From Hemiscyllium ocellatum (taxonomy: Eukaryota), in the NCBI RefSeq assembly GCF_020745735.1, contig NC_083431.1:16520496-16584495 (forward strand): a DNA stretch of 64,000 nt. The letters are read 5' to 3'. The translations under genes were made by a program, and so were the position numbers. The notes beneath the pieces were generated by a model, which had not been told where the DNA came from, did no database searches, and worked only from the letters and a program-made list of their open reading frames with translations. Shown piece by piece: positions 11,371 through 23,246 of this stretch (its first letter is position 1; each line of letters starts with the position of its first letter).

Positions 11371-12237
11371 TGGTAGATATAAGTACCATGGGTGATTTGG
11401 TGGTTGAAAAGAGCACTTCTGGATATAAAAAGAAATTAAAAATAAAAAGCTGCGTTCCTTGGCCTCTTATGGTGCAGCAGAGATACCCTTACCACTGAGC
11501 CATGGGGCCTAGGTTCATGTCTCACTTGTTTCAGAGATGTGTAATATCATCTATATGGGGCTTTTTAGAAATCTAATAAGAAGAGCTGGGTTTTTCCCAG
11601 TTGGGAAGTTGGCTTCTGGACAGGGAAAAGATGAAAATTGACATTTATGCTAATCTACAGATTTACAATAAAATCCTTGAAACTCTTTGAGAATCTTCTG
11701 CTGCGTATTCAACATATGGATATTGTACTGTTAAACATTGAATGGTTTGGCAAGAAAGAGGTTACTCAGTAGCTTGATGTTTAGCAAACAAAATTAACAT
11801 CAATCTAAAACTGTTCATAAAAGATGGTTCAGAAATTCATCCTAGAGAGATTCTGGCAGATAAAGTCCCAGACCCAAACCCCAATAGATTTGTTTTGTTC
11901 CTTGGCACATAGTTGTCAGGACCCACCCCCGCTTGTTTCCAAACTATTTTGTCTTTTCATTTCCTCTCTTGAAACAAAGATAAAGAAGTAGACTGCATTT
12001 AAATAACCTTTTATGCCCTCAAAAAGTCCTGCTTTATAACCAGTCAAGTGATGACTCGGATAGGATCAACTCTCTATACACTGACCACCTTTGGAGTTTC
12101 ATTAAACTGGTTATTCTTCATATATGAACAAAGATTAATTGAACTGCATTTTTCTGGTGGAGTTAGCATATTTGGTTTAGTATGTTAATACACCATAATA
12201 TTGTGATTTTGTTGTGACAAATAATTTGCTGGTTTTG

Positions 12238-12613
12238 TCAAGGTTCCTAAAATTTCTCTGGGCTACTTCAATGTTTCTCAGAGATCCACAGACCTTGGTG
12301 GTTTGTGACACTTGCCAGAATACTTGCATGAATGGTGGCTGGAGGTGGGTTGAATGTGGGATAGAAGCTTGGCTATCATGTGTGCTGAGTAGAGGAGCCT
12401 GGCTGTCTCACCGTTCAGGGAAATCCACATGGAATAGTGTCAATTGCCAGGTAGGCTCACAGGTGAGAAAGTTCTGTGCTACTTAAACTCAAAGAATGGG
12501 CACAAAATACATGTTTGCCAATGTGTTGTATAGTATTGATTTAAAGATGGTGCATCAGAGATCATTGATTCAATAAAAAAAGTTTTTAAATTAAAAACGC
12601 TTGAGAACCACTG
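12238..12613. mobile_element. Possible degenerate hAT MITE
   Basis: Right end TTGAGAACCACTG followed by ATCTAG resembles hAT/Charlie TIR and target; left end only weakly matches; TSD not confirmed. Confidence 0.3.
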
Positions 12614-12734
12614 ATCTAGGTTAGTGGATGTTAATCAGCATCAGCAACCCTTGATCAACAGAAATAAAGCCCATGGATTAAATCTAAGCTCTGCAGTCCC
12701 CCCAAATTCAATCTTGAGTGGTTGTGGATAATTA

Positions 12735-14045
12735 AACAACTAACTGAAGAAGGATGATCCACAAATATCTCCATCCTCATTGACGAGAGAGCCCAACACG
12801 TCAGAAAAGAATGAAGCATTTGCAACCATCTTCAGCCAGAAGTGCAAAGTGGATGATCTATCTCCGCCTCCTTCAGAGGTCCCCAGCATCACAGATGCTA
12901 ATATTCTGCCAATTTGATTCACTCCACCTGATATCAAGAAATTATTGGCGGCACTAGATAATACAAAGTAATTGGCCTTGGCAACATTCTGGCATTGTAC
13001 TCAAGATTTGCGCTCCAGAACCACCCGTTCTACTAGCCAAGTTGTTCTATTCGGCTACACATTGTCAAAGTAGGATAAATCTACCTGACCAGTTTCAGCC
13101 TCATCAGTCTGCCCTCTATCATCAACATCAAATGGCAAGTACGCAGTAATAACTTGCTCACTGACACTCAGTTTAGGCTCCACTAGGGCTAGTCGGCTCC
13201 TGATCTCATTATAGCTTTTGGCCAAATATGGAAAACGTGGTGAACTCAAGAGATAAGGTGAGAGTGACTGCCCTTGACATCAAGGATACATTTGACCAAT
13301 TGAAGAGTTCATTGGGATTGTGGAGAAACCCTCTGTGGTTTGAGTTACATCTAGCGCAAAAGGAGACTGTGGTAGTTATTGTAAGTCAGTCATTTCAGTA
13401 GTAGGATAGCTCTGGACCAGTTCCACATGGTAGATATTTTTGATCAACTTGTTCCAGTTCCTCAGGGTTCTGTCTTAGGTCCAACTGTTCTCAGCTGCTT
13501 CATCAATTACCTTCCCTCCAAAATAATGTCAGAAGTGGGAATGTTTGCTGATGATTGTGCCATCATTTATGACCCCTCAGATAGTGAAGCAGTTCATATC
13601 AATATTCAACAAGACCTGGACAACGTTCAGTGTTGGGCTGATGAGGGGCAGATAGCATTTGCACTACACAAGTGCCAGACGATAACTACCTCAACAAAAG
13701 ATAATCTAACCATCTCTCCTTGTCTCTCAATGGCATTATCATCATTGAATCCTTCTTGACATACTGTGATTAGCATTGACCAGAAACCAAAATGAACCGA
13801 CCCTGTGACTACTATGGTACAAGAGCAGTTTAGCAGACTGGGAGTTCTGTGGTAAGTAACATACTTCCTAACTTCCCAAAGCTTGTCCAGCATCTACAAG
13901 GAAGACAGAATACTCATCACTTGCCTGAAATGAGTGCAGCACACAAAATAATCTCAACACCATCGAGGGCAAAGCAACTGCTTGGCATTAATAAACGCTG
14001 AACGACCGAGCCAGCAAAACCCATATCCGTGAATGAGTAAAAAAA
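12735..14045 (+). mobile_element. CR1/L2-clade LINE, second family, degenerate RT
   Basis: ORF remnant VPQGSVLGPTVLSCFINYLPS...MFADDCAI; A-rich tail near 14040. Confidence 0.8.
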
Positions 14046-14572
14046 ATTGATGAGTTTGGCAATAAAGTTCTTTGTCAAAAAGTATGGTGCTGGAAAAGCA
14101 CAGCAGGTCAGGCAGCATCCGAGGAGCGGAAGAGTTTATTTGACTTGTTAAGCAGCAATCAAAAGCAAATAAATAAATTTACACATTCTTGTCTTCAAGT
14201 CCAAAATATGGGAGTAACACTAAAGTGAAACTGAAAAACCAAAACAGTCAGCAGGGGTTAAAGTTGTAACCAGTTTTCTAGTTTGTAGCTTTGAGTTCCA
14301 AAACACAAGGGAATTGCTTAGAGCAGAGCTGCAATGAAGATTATAGCACAGAGGGAGGCTGTTCTGCCTAATGTGTTCATGCTGTTTCACTGTGAACAAT
14401 TTGCTTATTCTCTCCCTCACCCTTTCTCCAGAGTCCTGCATTTAATTTCTTTTCAGATAACTATCCCGTTCCTATTTGAAAGTCATGACTGAATCTGGTA
14501 CCGTAGACATCTATGTCGAGAGTGTGGTGCTAGAAAAGTGCAGCAGGTCAGGCAGCATCTGAGGAGCAGGAG

Positions 14573-14608
14573 AATCGACGTTTCGGACATAAGCCCTTCG
14601 TCAGGAAT
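14573..14608 (-). ncRNA. Minimal hammerhead ribozyme motif, core intact
   Basis: Reverse complement ATTC-CTGACGA-A-GGGC-TTAT-GTCC-GAAA-CG-TC-GATT; canonical GUC triplet. Confidence 0.8.
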
Positions 14609-14681
14609 GAACGTAGAGAGAGGAGACCTTCTTCAAGGTGGGAATCCTTGGAAGAGGCTTCGCAGTAGTATTAAAGGGTTC

Positions 14682-14717
14682 ATTCCTGATGAAGGGCTTC
14701 TGCCTGAAACGTCGATT
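14682..14717 (+). ncRNA. Minimal hammerhead ribozyme motif, core intact
   Basis: ATTC-CTGATGA-A-GGGC-TTCT-GCCT-GAAA-CG-TC-GATT; GUC triplet; G-U first pair of stem II. Confidence 0.78.
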
Positions 14718-16056
14718 CTCTGGCTCCTCGCATGCTGCCTGACCTGCTGTGCTTTTCCAGCACTACATTCTCGACTCTGATCTTCAGCATCTACAGTCCT
14801 CACTTTTGCCGTAGATATCTATGCCAAAGATTTTCTTTTTCCTCAGCTGCATTTATTGCTAAGACGATGCACTCGCTGCCAAACCAGTTGCAATGCATAT
14901 AACATAGAGTCATAGAGATATACAGCATGGAAACAGACCCTTCGGTCCAACCCGTCCATGCTGACCAGATATCCCAACTCAATCTAGCCCCACCTGCCAG
15001 CACCCGGCCCATTTCCCTCCGAACCCTTTCTATTCATATTCCCATCCAGATGCCTCTTAAATGTTGCAATTGTACCAACCTCCACCACAACCTCTGGCAG
15101 CTCATTTCATACACGCACCTCCCTCTGCGTGAAAAAGTTACCCCTTAGGTTTCTTTTATATCTTTCCCCGCTCACCCTAAACCGATACCCTCTAGTTCTG
15201 GACTCCCCCACCCTAGAGAAAATACTTTGCCTATTTATCCTTTCCATGTCCCTCATAATTTTATAACCCTTCAGCCTCTGACACTCCAGGGAAAACAGCT
15301 TATTCAACATCTGCCTGCAGCTCAAGTCCTCCAACCCTGGCAACATCCTTGTAAATCTTTTTTGAACCCTTTCAAGTTTCACAACATCTTTCCAATAGGA
15401 AGGAGACCAGAATTGCATGCAATATTCCAACAGTGGCCTAACCAATGCCCTGTACAGCCGCAACATGACCTCCCAACTCCTGTACTCAATACTCTGACCA
15501 ATACTTCTTCACTATCCTATCTAGCTGCGACTCCACTTTCAAGGAGCTATGAACCTGCACTTCAAGGTCTCTTTGTTCAGCATCACTCCCTAGGACCTTA
15601 CCATTAAGTGTATAAGTCCTGCCAAGATTTGCTTTCCCATAATGCAGCACCTCGTATTTATCTAAATTAAACTCCATCTGCCACTTCTTAGCCCATTGGC
15701 CCATTTGATCAAGATCCCATTGTAATCTGAGGTAACCTTCTTCAATGTCCACTAGACCTCCAATTTTAGTGTCATCTGCAAATTTACTAACTATGCCTCT
15801 TATGCTCGCATCCAAATCATTTATATGAATGATGAAAAGTAGAGGACCCAGCACCGATCCTTGTGGCACTTCACTGGTCACAGGCCTCCAGTCTGAAAAA
15901 CAACCTCCATGTCCACCCTCTGTCTTCTACCTTTGAGCCAGTTTTGTTTTCAAATGGCTAGTCCTCCCTGTATTCCATGAGATCTGATCTTGCTAACCAG
16001 TCTGTCACAGGGAACGTTGTTGAATGCCTTACTGAAGTCCATATAGATCATGTCTA

Positions 16057-16590
16057 TAAAACTTTGGTTAGACCACACTTGGAATACTGCGTTCAATTCT
16101 CGTCACCCTATTATAGGAAAGATGTGGATGCTTTGGACAGGATTCATAGGAGGTTTACCAGGATGCTGCCTGGATTGGAGGGCTTATCTTATGAAGAGAG
16201 TTTGACTGAACTCGGACTTTTTTCATTGAAGAAAAGGAGGAGGAGAGGGGACCTAATTGATGTACACAAGATAATGAGAGGCATAGATAGAGTCGATGGC
16301 CAGAGACTATTTCCCAGGGCAGAAATGACTAACACGAGGGGTCATAGTTTTAAGCTGGTTGGAGGAAAGTACAGAGGGGATATCAGAGGCAGGTTCTTTA
16401 CACAGAGAGTTGTGAGAGCATGGCATGCGTTGCCAGCAGCAGTTGTGGAAGCAAGGTCATTGGGGACATTTAAGAGACAACTGGACATGCATATGGTCAC
16501 AGAAATTTGAGGGTGCATACATGAAGATCAGTGGTTGGCACAACATCGTGGGCTGAAGGGCCTGTTCTGTGCTGTACTGTTCTATGTTCT
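16057..16590 (+). mobile_element. CR1 LINE 3' fragment nested in opposite orientation
   Basis: KTLVRPHLEYCVQFSSPYYRKD...GRFFTQRVV; (TTCTATG)n tail; TSD ATGTCTA at 16050-16056 and 16591-16597. Confidence 0.9.
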
Positions 16591-16806
16591 ATGTCTACAG
16601 TTCTGCCTCATCAATCCTCTTTGTTACTTCTTCAAAAAACTCAATCAAGTTTGTGAGACATGATTTCCCATGCACAAAGCCATGTTGACTATCCCTAATA
16701 AGTCCTTACCTTTCCAAATACATGTGTTCCTGTCTCTCAGGATTTCCTCCAACAACTTGCCCACCACCGACATCAGGCTCACTGATCTATAGTTCCTTGG
16801 CTTGTC

Positions 16807-16914
16807 ATAGAGTCATAGAGATGTACAGCATGGAAACAGACCCTTCGGCCCAACCTGTCCATACCGACCAGATTTCCCAACCCAATCTAGTCCCACCTGC
16901 CAGCACCCGGCCCA
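16807..16914 (-). mobile_element. CR1 3' UTR-only insertion
   Basis: Copy of the 14904-15010 tail; TSD TTGTC at 16802-16806 and 16915-16919. Confidence 0.8.
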
Positions 16915-17574
16915 TTGTCCTTACCACTTTTCTTAAATAGTGGCACCACGTTAGCCAATCTCCAGTCTTCCAGCACCTCACCTGTGACTATCGATGATAC
17001 ATCACTGCTGAATGGAGAGCAGAGTGGGACTGGCAAGTGGGAAGTGGGAGAGCTGAGGGAAGGAGGGCCAAATACCAGAGCTGTGAGTGGAGTGAGGATA
17101 GCTAGGGTTGTTTGAACCAGTGATGCCATCCACACTATGTGAATGCACCCTCTATTGTAGCCATGTGACAACGTACCATCTGCAGCTGTGGCTGTCTTTA
17201 CCACCCATCTCAGGGTTGGCAACGTGTCATCTGTTTTTCCTCAAGTTGGCTTTTAATGATTTTGCTATTCGCCTTAAATTGATATCCCCTGATTCTCAAC
17301 CTTCTGCTACTGGGGACAGATTTTCTATTTATTCTGTCAAGTCCAGGCCCCTCATTATTGTGAACTACTCTTTCAAATTTACTCTAAACATTCTCTTCTC
17401 TCAGAATAACAGACCCAAGTAATTGATCCACAGAACTGTATCCTTCATTTGTGAAACCACAGTCATGAATGTTTTCTGCATTATTCGAATGTCTTCACAT
17501 ATTCCCTAAAGTGTGGTGTGGAACACAATACTCCAGCTGAGGTTTAATCGGTGTTTGTAAAGTTTACAAGTAAA

Positions 17575-17690
17575 ATGCTGGAAATCCAAAACATGTACAG
17601 TCCTGAAGAAGTGTCATATCAGACTTGAAATGTTAACTCATTTTCTCTCTCTACAAATGCTGCCAAACCTGCTTAGTATTTCCAGTTTCT
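17575..17690 (+). mobile_element. Penelope-type terminal repeat remnant (another family) with decayed hammerhead
   Basis: CTGAAGA-A-GTGTC-ATATCA-GACTT-GAAA-TGTT-AAC at 17603-17637, followed by CTCTCTCTACAAATGCTGCCAAACCTGCT; related minus-strand remnant at 36095-36185. Confidence 0.55.
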
Positions 17691-19230
17691 CCTTTTTCAT
17701 GTATAAATATTCATTATCACTTTTTTCCTTTGGTATGCCTCTACTTTTGCATTATTAACCTCAACCTACCCAGCTGACTTCATTATTGCTCCAATCTCGC
17801 ACCCAGTTTTGAATTGTATCCTTTTTTGGACTTCATTTTGCACTAAAATATATTACTTCACATTTCTTTAACTTTCATCTGTTACATGCTCACCCATTCC
17901 ACCAAGTCATCTATATTCTCATCAAGGCTGTCACTATGAAGAATATGGAGCTTTTCAGCCTTAAAAGAAACAACTGAGGAGGACATTACATTGAAAAAAA
18001 TTCTAACTGGAGGAAGGAAAAATTTGGGAGAGTATCTTCACTCTAAAACCAATCAACACTTACTTCAGACTTTGAGGAAGAGCAATGGTGGAAGGAATAT
18101 GTCAGAAGAATTCAAATTCATGATGAGTGTTGTAGTTCTTTTATGGATGACAAAGATGAACTAAAGATGAACTCCCATATCCATATTTATCTTGTAATTA
18201 AGGAGGTGTTGTTTTGTTCTTCTGATGACCCAGTGATCACCATATGGAAGGTTTAAAGCCATAAAGAACAGGAAGTTACTATGATCCCTGGTTTGTGATG
18301 CATTATCTCAGCTGGATTAGCAGAAGATTCACAACAATTGGCATTGTCATCCAGTCTCTGCAGCAGGGAGAGTCAGACAAAATCTGTGGAATAATTTCCC
18401 ATGGACAGCTGCTGATTGTAGTTTATAAAGTTTATTTCAAGGCTGAGATAGAGAAGTTTTTCGTCAGGGAATCGAAGGCTATGGGGTAAAGGCAAGAAAA
18501 TCAAGTTGATGATTAGCAGATTGGCCATGATCTCATTGAATGGCAGAGAGAACATCGATGGGTTGAATGGCTGACTTCTGCTCCAGCACATCTTGGTCTT
18601 ACAATCACCTTCCTGTCTCCTGGCCAGTAGCAACTTATTCAAAAATGTACATCTGTGGGCTTGATGGAGTTTGAATTCTGATGTCTTCATATTAAATAGT
18701 CTGTAACACCATTACCTATAAGACCCCACAAGACAAATAGCCACTTGGACCATGGTATTGGAGTGTTGCCACTGCCTGAAATATACATTTGAATATCAGT
18801 TAATAACTGCAAGAGAAAACAAAAGTAAAAATATTGTCTTATTTGAAAGATAGGGCACTGTAAAAGTACATCAGTTTCATTGAAATAGTACTGCAGACAG
18901 ATCAGTTCACAATGTTTTGATGACATGTCTGTATACTATTTGCCAGGTTGCACTAAAGTCTTTGTATGAAGACAATGTACCTGTAATGTATTCATTTTTC
19001 AATTGATGCATCAATTTCTTCGTTACTATTAATTCTTGCAAACTCATCCCAGTCATCCCGGTCTATAGATTGTTGATAGTACATGGTTACTGAACATATT
19101 CAAAACATATATACAGGAGTTCTTCCAATGTTCTGACCAACATTTATCTTTCAACCAAATTTCTAAAACCAAGGTTATTTTTTTTTAATGCTGTTGTTCG
19201 TGAGAACTTAACTGTTAATTGGCTGTTGGT

Positions 19231-19553
19231 GGGCGGCACGGTGGCACAGTGGTTAGCACTGCTGCCTCACAGTGCCTGAGACCCGGGTTCAATTCCCGAC
19301 CTCAGGCGACTGACTGTGTGGGTTTTGCACGTTCTCCCCGTGTCTGCGTGGGTTTCCTCCGGGTGCTCCGGTTTCCTCCCACAGTCTAAAGATGTGCGGG
19401 TCAGGTGAATTGGCCATGCTAAATTGCCCATAGTGTTAGGTAAGGGGTTAATGTAGGGGTATGGGTGGGTTGCGCTTCGGCGGGTTGGTGTGGACTTGTT
19501 GGGCCGAAGGGCCTGTTTTCACACTGTAAGTAATCTAATTTAATCTAATCTAA
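19231..19553 (+). mobile_element. HE1/V-SINE-type tRNA-derived SINE, full length
   Basis: GGGCGGCACGGTGGCACAGTGGTTAGCACTGCTGCCTCAC head with A box and GGTTCAATTCC B box; (TAATC)n tail. Confidence 0.9.
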
Positions 19554-20199
19554 TGTATTCCTACTTTACAACATGGCATAAGTGATTCTTTAATGAAAGT
19601 TGTTCTGGGATGTCCTGAAGAGCTTATGAGAAGTATCAGATAAATGCAACCTTTTTTCTCTTTACGGTCATGTCTGTTTCACCATCACTCACCAAGAGAT
19701 TTTGCAGACGGAGGAAATACATTATTTATTGCAGATTTTCTTAATCTGTCCTTTTAGTAAGTTACAAATGGATGTTGTATGTTCTGTTTCAGTTATCTTT
19801 GTTTTCAATATTTCTTCTCCAGACTCTGTTTACTACATTTTAATTTCCTGAATGTGCTCGTTAAGATTGCACGCCCACCTGAGAACAGTTTTTCAAAGAC
19901 TTATTTAAAAGTGTAACATTTAGGTGCCACCAATGACACAGTTGGCTTACAAGTGACAGCTGACCCAAAGAGAGATCCCAGTTCTATCAGATGATCTCAG
20001 CAGGAGGGGTCAGGGAGAGGGGAAAATCAACCAGGGCTCCTATTCCCAATCATAGGTACCATCCTGATTGTTTTCTGTGAAATGATACATGTATGTATGT
20101 GAAGAAAAAATGGAACTTCAACATAATGATCGCAGCATTAAACAACATGCTTACCTTTACGGTGAAACTTCTCTGTGAAGAGCTGTAGCTTTTCCAAAG

Positions 20200-20810
20200 A
20201 TCATAAGAAATAGGAACAGGAGTAGGCCATTTGGTCCCCCAAGCTTGCTTCTCCATTTAATGGGACCATTATTGAAACAACACTCTTCACATCCATTTTC
20301 CTGCCCATTCCCCATGACCCTTGATTCCCCTATCGATTAAGAACTATCTATCTCAGCCTTAAACTTGAATGAAGACAACGCACTCACAGTTGTCTGTGGC
20401 AAGGAGTTCCAAAGACTCACAAATTACTACGAGAAGAAATCCTCCTCATCTCAGCCTGTATTCTGAAACTATGCCTTCTGGTTCTGGACTCTCCCATGAA
20501 GGGAAGCATCCTCTCTGCAATTATCCTGTCAAGCTCCTTAAAAATCCGACATGCCTCAATGAGATCACCTCTCATTCTTCCAAATTCCAGTGAGCAGTGT
20601 CCCAATTTATTTAACTTTTGCTGATAAGACAAGCCCTCCATACTAGGAATCTTCTCAATGAACCTTATCAGAATTGCCTCCAAAGAAATAATATCTTAAA
20701 ACAGGTGACCGAAACTGTTCACAGACTCAAAATGTGGTCTCACCAGCCCCTTGTACAATTGTAATAAGACTTTCCTATTCTTGTACTCCAACCCCCTTGA
20801 AATAAGCGCC
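20200..20810 (-). mobile_element. Degenerate CR1 LINE 3' fragment
   Basis: SLEFGRMRGDLIEACRIFK...GESRTRRHSFRI. Confidence 0.8.
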
Positions 20811-21836
20811 AGTGGTTCCTATGGAATAATATACCAACAAGAATTCAACTCATTCATTAAAGGAGAGGAGCAAATCTAAATGTAAAATAATAACAAAAAA
20901 ATTAAATTTCACTCATTTAAAATTTTAAAATTGCACTTTCTCAATTTTACCATTGTTTTTTGCTGAGACATCAAAATAAGATTGCAATTCTTGATCAATG
21001 CATGTTGCCTATTACAAGACACCCTTCTTATTTACTTACTCAATAAGTTGGGATATGGCTGATTTTCATCACATTATTTACAGTGGAATGGTATTTAACT
21101 TCAGTGGAAAGCCATTAAACTGGGCAAATCTTTAATAACTATTTATTGCCCATTCTGAATTGTCCTTCAGCTACTGGGCACCACATTCTTGAATACAATT
21201 CGGTGACTTGTTAAGTCCTGACAGAGAAGAGTAAACCGTGGTTACCGTATCCAGAGTCATATGCAAGACAAACTAAGAAATGTTATCGACAGATTCTGAT
21301 TTTAAAAGTATTTCTGTCCCCTATTCTCATTACCTGTCCATAATTAGACAATGGTTTTATTTTCCTCCCTTTATTAAAAAAAAGACATATTTTCTACATT
21401 TCCTCTGTTTGACAACCTGTACCTTAAAGACCACAATAACACTGTTATAACGTTAAACAAGAAATAGGGTTTATTTCACAGACCCTTAACTGTGAGAGAG
21501 GACTTTTCAATGCACGCATGCTTGCAAACACACAAAGTAAAATCAAATTGAAATAGATAAAGAGATGATTCAATCAGCACAAATTGATTATGAAACAATC
21601 AAGAGATAGCAGATAATCAATGTCCTTGCATTGAAGATGGAGTCCAAAAGTCCAAAACTGAAGTGAGTAGTCTGCAATTCCTTTATGGAAACGGTTGATT
21701 TAGCTAGTTGGCAGTTGAGGTGGTGTGCACATTTTTTTCTCTCTAAAAATCTCTTTGAATTTCTTCTGTGGAAGTTATTTTTGCAATGTAACTTCTATTT
21801 CACTGTTTTGGCAAACACAAGTTGATTGTTGACAGA

Positions 21837-21977
21837 TGTGGAGGTGCCAGTGTTGGACTGGGATGGACAAAGTCAGAAGTCACATAACACCAGGTTATAG
21901 TCCAACAAGTATATTTTAAATCACAAGTTTTTGGAGTGCTGGTCCTTCATCGGGTGAAGTCTGGTGTGACTTCTGAC
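21837..21977 (-). mobile_element. Short fold-back Penelope-type element with dead hammerhead
   Basis: Inverted GTCAGAAGTCACA../..TGTGACTTCTGAC; TSD ATTGTT(G/T)ACAGA at 21825-21836 and 21978-21989; core mutated to CCGATGA...AAAA. Confidence 0.7.
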
Positions 21978-22179
21978 ATTGTTTACAGAAATTACAAATA
22001 CAACTTGCTGGCTACGGAAGGCTTTTTCATTTTTTTGCCCAGAGTTCGGGGTTTTCATAACGTGAGTAGATAGTGCATGAACTAGAATTGAGGTCTGCTT
22101 TTTTGAAATTGCATGGTTAAAAGGCAGTTGGATTCAGTACTATAGAGTCCTTGAGGGAAGGGTAAACAGTTACGCTTCG

Positions 22180-23246
22180 AGTCATAGAGATGTACAGCAA
22201 TGAAACCGACCCTTCGGTCCAACCCATCCATGCCCACCAGTTATCCTGACCTAATCTAGTCCCACTGCCAGCATCCAGCACATATCACTCTAAACCCTTT
22301 CTATTCATATACCCATCCAGATGCCTTTTAAATGTTGCAATTGTACCAGCCTCCACCACTTCCTCTGGCAGCTCGTTCCATACACGCACCATCCTCTGTG
22401 TGAAAATGTTGCCCCCTTAATCCCTTTTATATCTTTCCCCTCTCACCCTAAACCTGCACCCTCCAGTTCTGGATTCCCCCACCCCAGGGAAAAGGCTTTG
22501 TCTATTTATCCTATCTTTGCCCATTATGATTTTATAAACCTGTATAATGTCACCTCTCAGCTTCCGATGCTCCAGGGAAAACAGCCCCAGCCTTTTCAGC
22601 CTCTCCCTATAGCTCAAATCCTCCAACCCTGGTAATATCCTTGTGAATCTTTTTCTGAATCCTTTCATGTTTCACAAATTCCTTCTGATAGGAAGGAGAC
22701 CAGAATTGCATGCAATCTTGCAACAGTGGTCTAACCAATGTCCTATATAGCCGCAATGTGACCTCCCAACTCCTATACTCATCCTCCGACCAATAAAGGA
22801 AACATATCAAACGCCTTCTTCACTATCCTAACCACCTGTGACATTACTTTCAAGGAACTATGAACCTGCACTCCAAGGTCTCTTTGTTCAGCAACATGAC
22901 CTAGGACCTTACCATTAAGTGTATAAGTCCTGCTCTAATTTGCTTTCCCAAAATGCAGCATCTCACATTTATCTAAATTAGACTCCAACTGCCACTCCTC
23001 AGCTCATTGGCCCATCTGATCAAAATCGTGTTGTACTCTGAGGTAACTTTCGCTGTCAACTATACCTCCAATTTTGGTGTCACGTGCAAACTTACTAACT
23101 ATACCTCCTAGGTTCACATCCAAATCATTTATATAAATGATGAAAAGTAGTGGACCCAGCACCAATCCTTGTGGCACACCACTGGTCACAGGCCTCCAGT
23201 CTGAAAAGCAACCCTCCACCACCACCCTCTGTCTTCTACCTTCAAG
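22180..23246 (-). mobile_element. CR1 LINE RT-3' fragment
   Basis: [43 protein letters not shown]; (ATGACTC) tail at 22180. Confidence 0.9.

Larger units (their letters stand above)
14516..14808. mobile_element. 293-bp non-coding fold-back Penelope derivative with two hammerheads
   Basis: About 98-bp inverted arms (14515-14612 / 14678-14775) plus 33-nt one-sided tail; TSD CCGTAGA(C/T)ATCTATG at 14501-14515 and 14809-14823. Confidence 0.85.
14904..16998 (-). mobile_element. CR1 LINE (RT to 3' end), host of two nested CR1 insertions
   Basis: [20 protein letters not shown]...SKFADDTK; LYRALVRPLLEYC; (ATGACTCT)n tail at 14904-14920. Confidence 0.9.

Noticed and set aside
19231-19310. tRNA genes at SINE heads (also 29103-29425, 34263-34579, 47533)
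   Set aside because: A/B boxes run into SINE bodies with no complete cloverleaf or Pol III terminator
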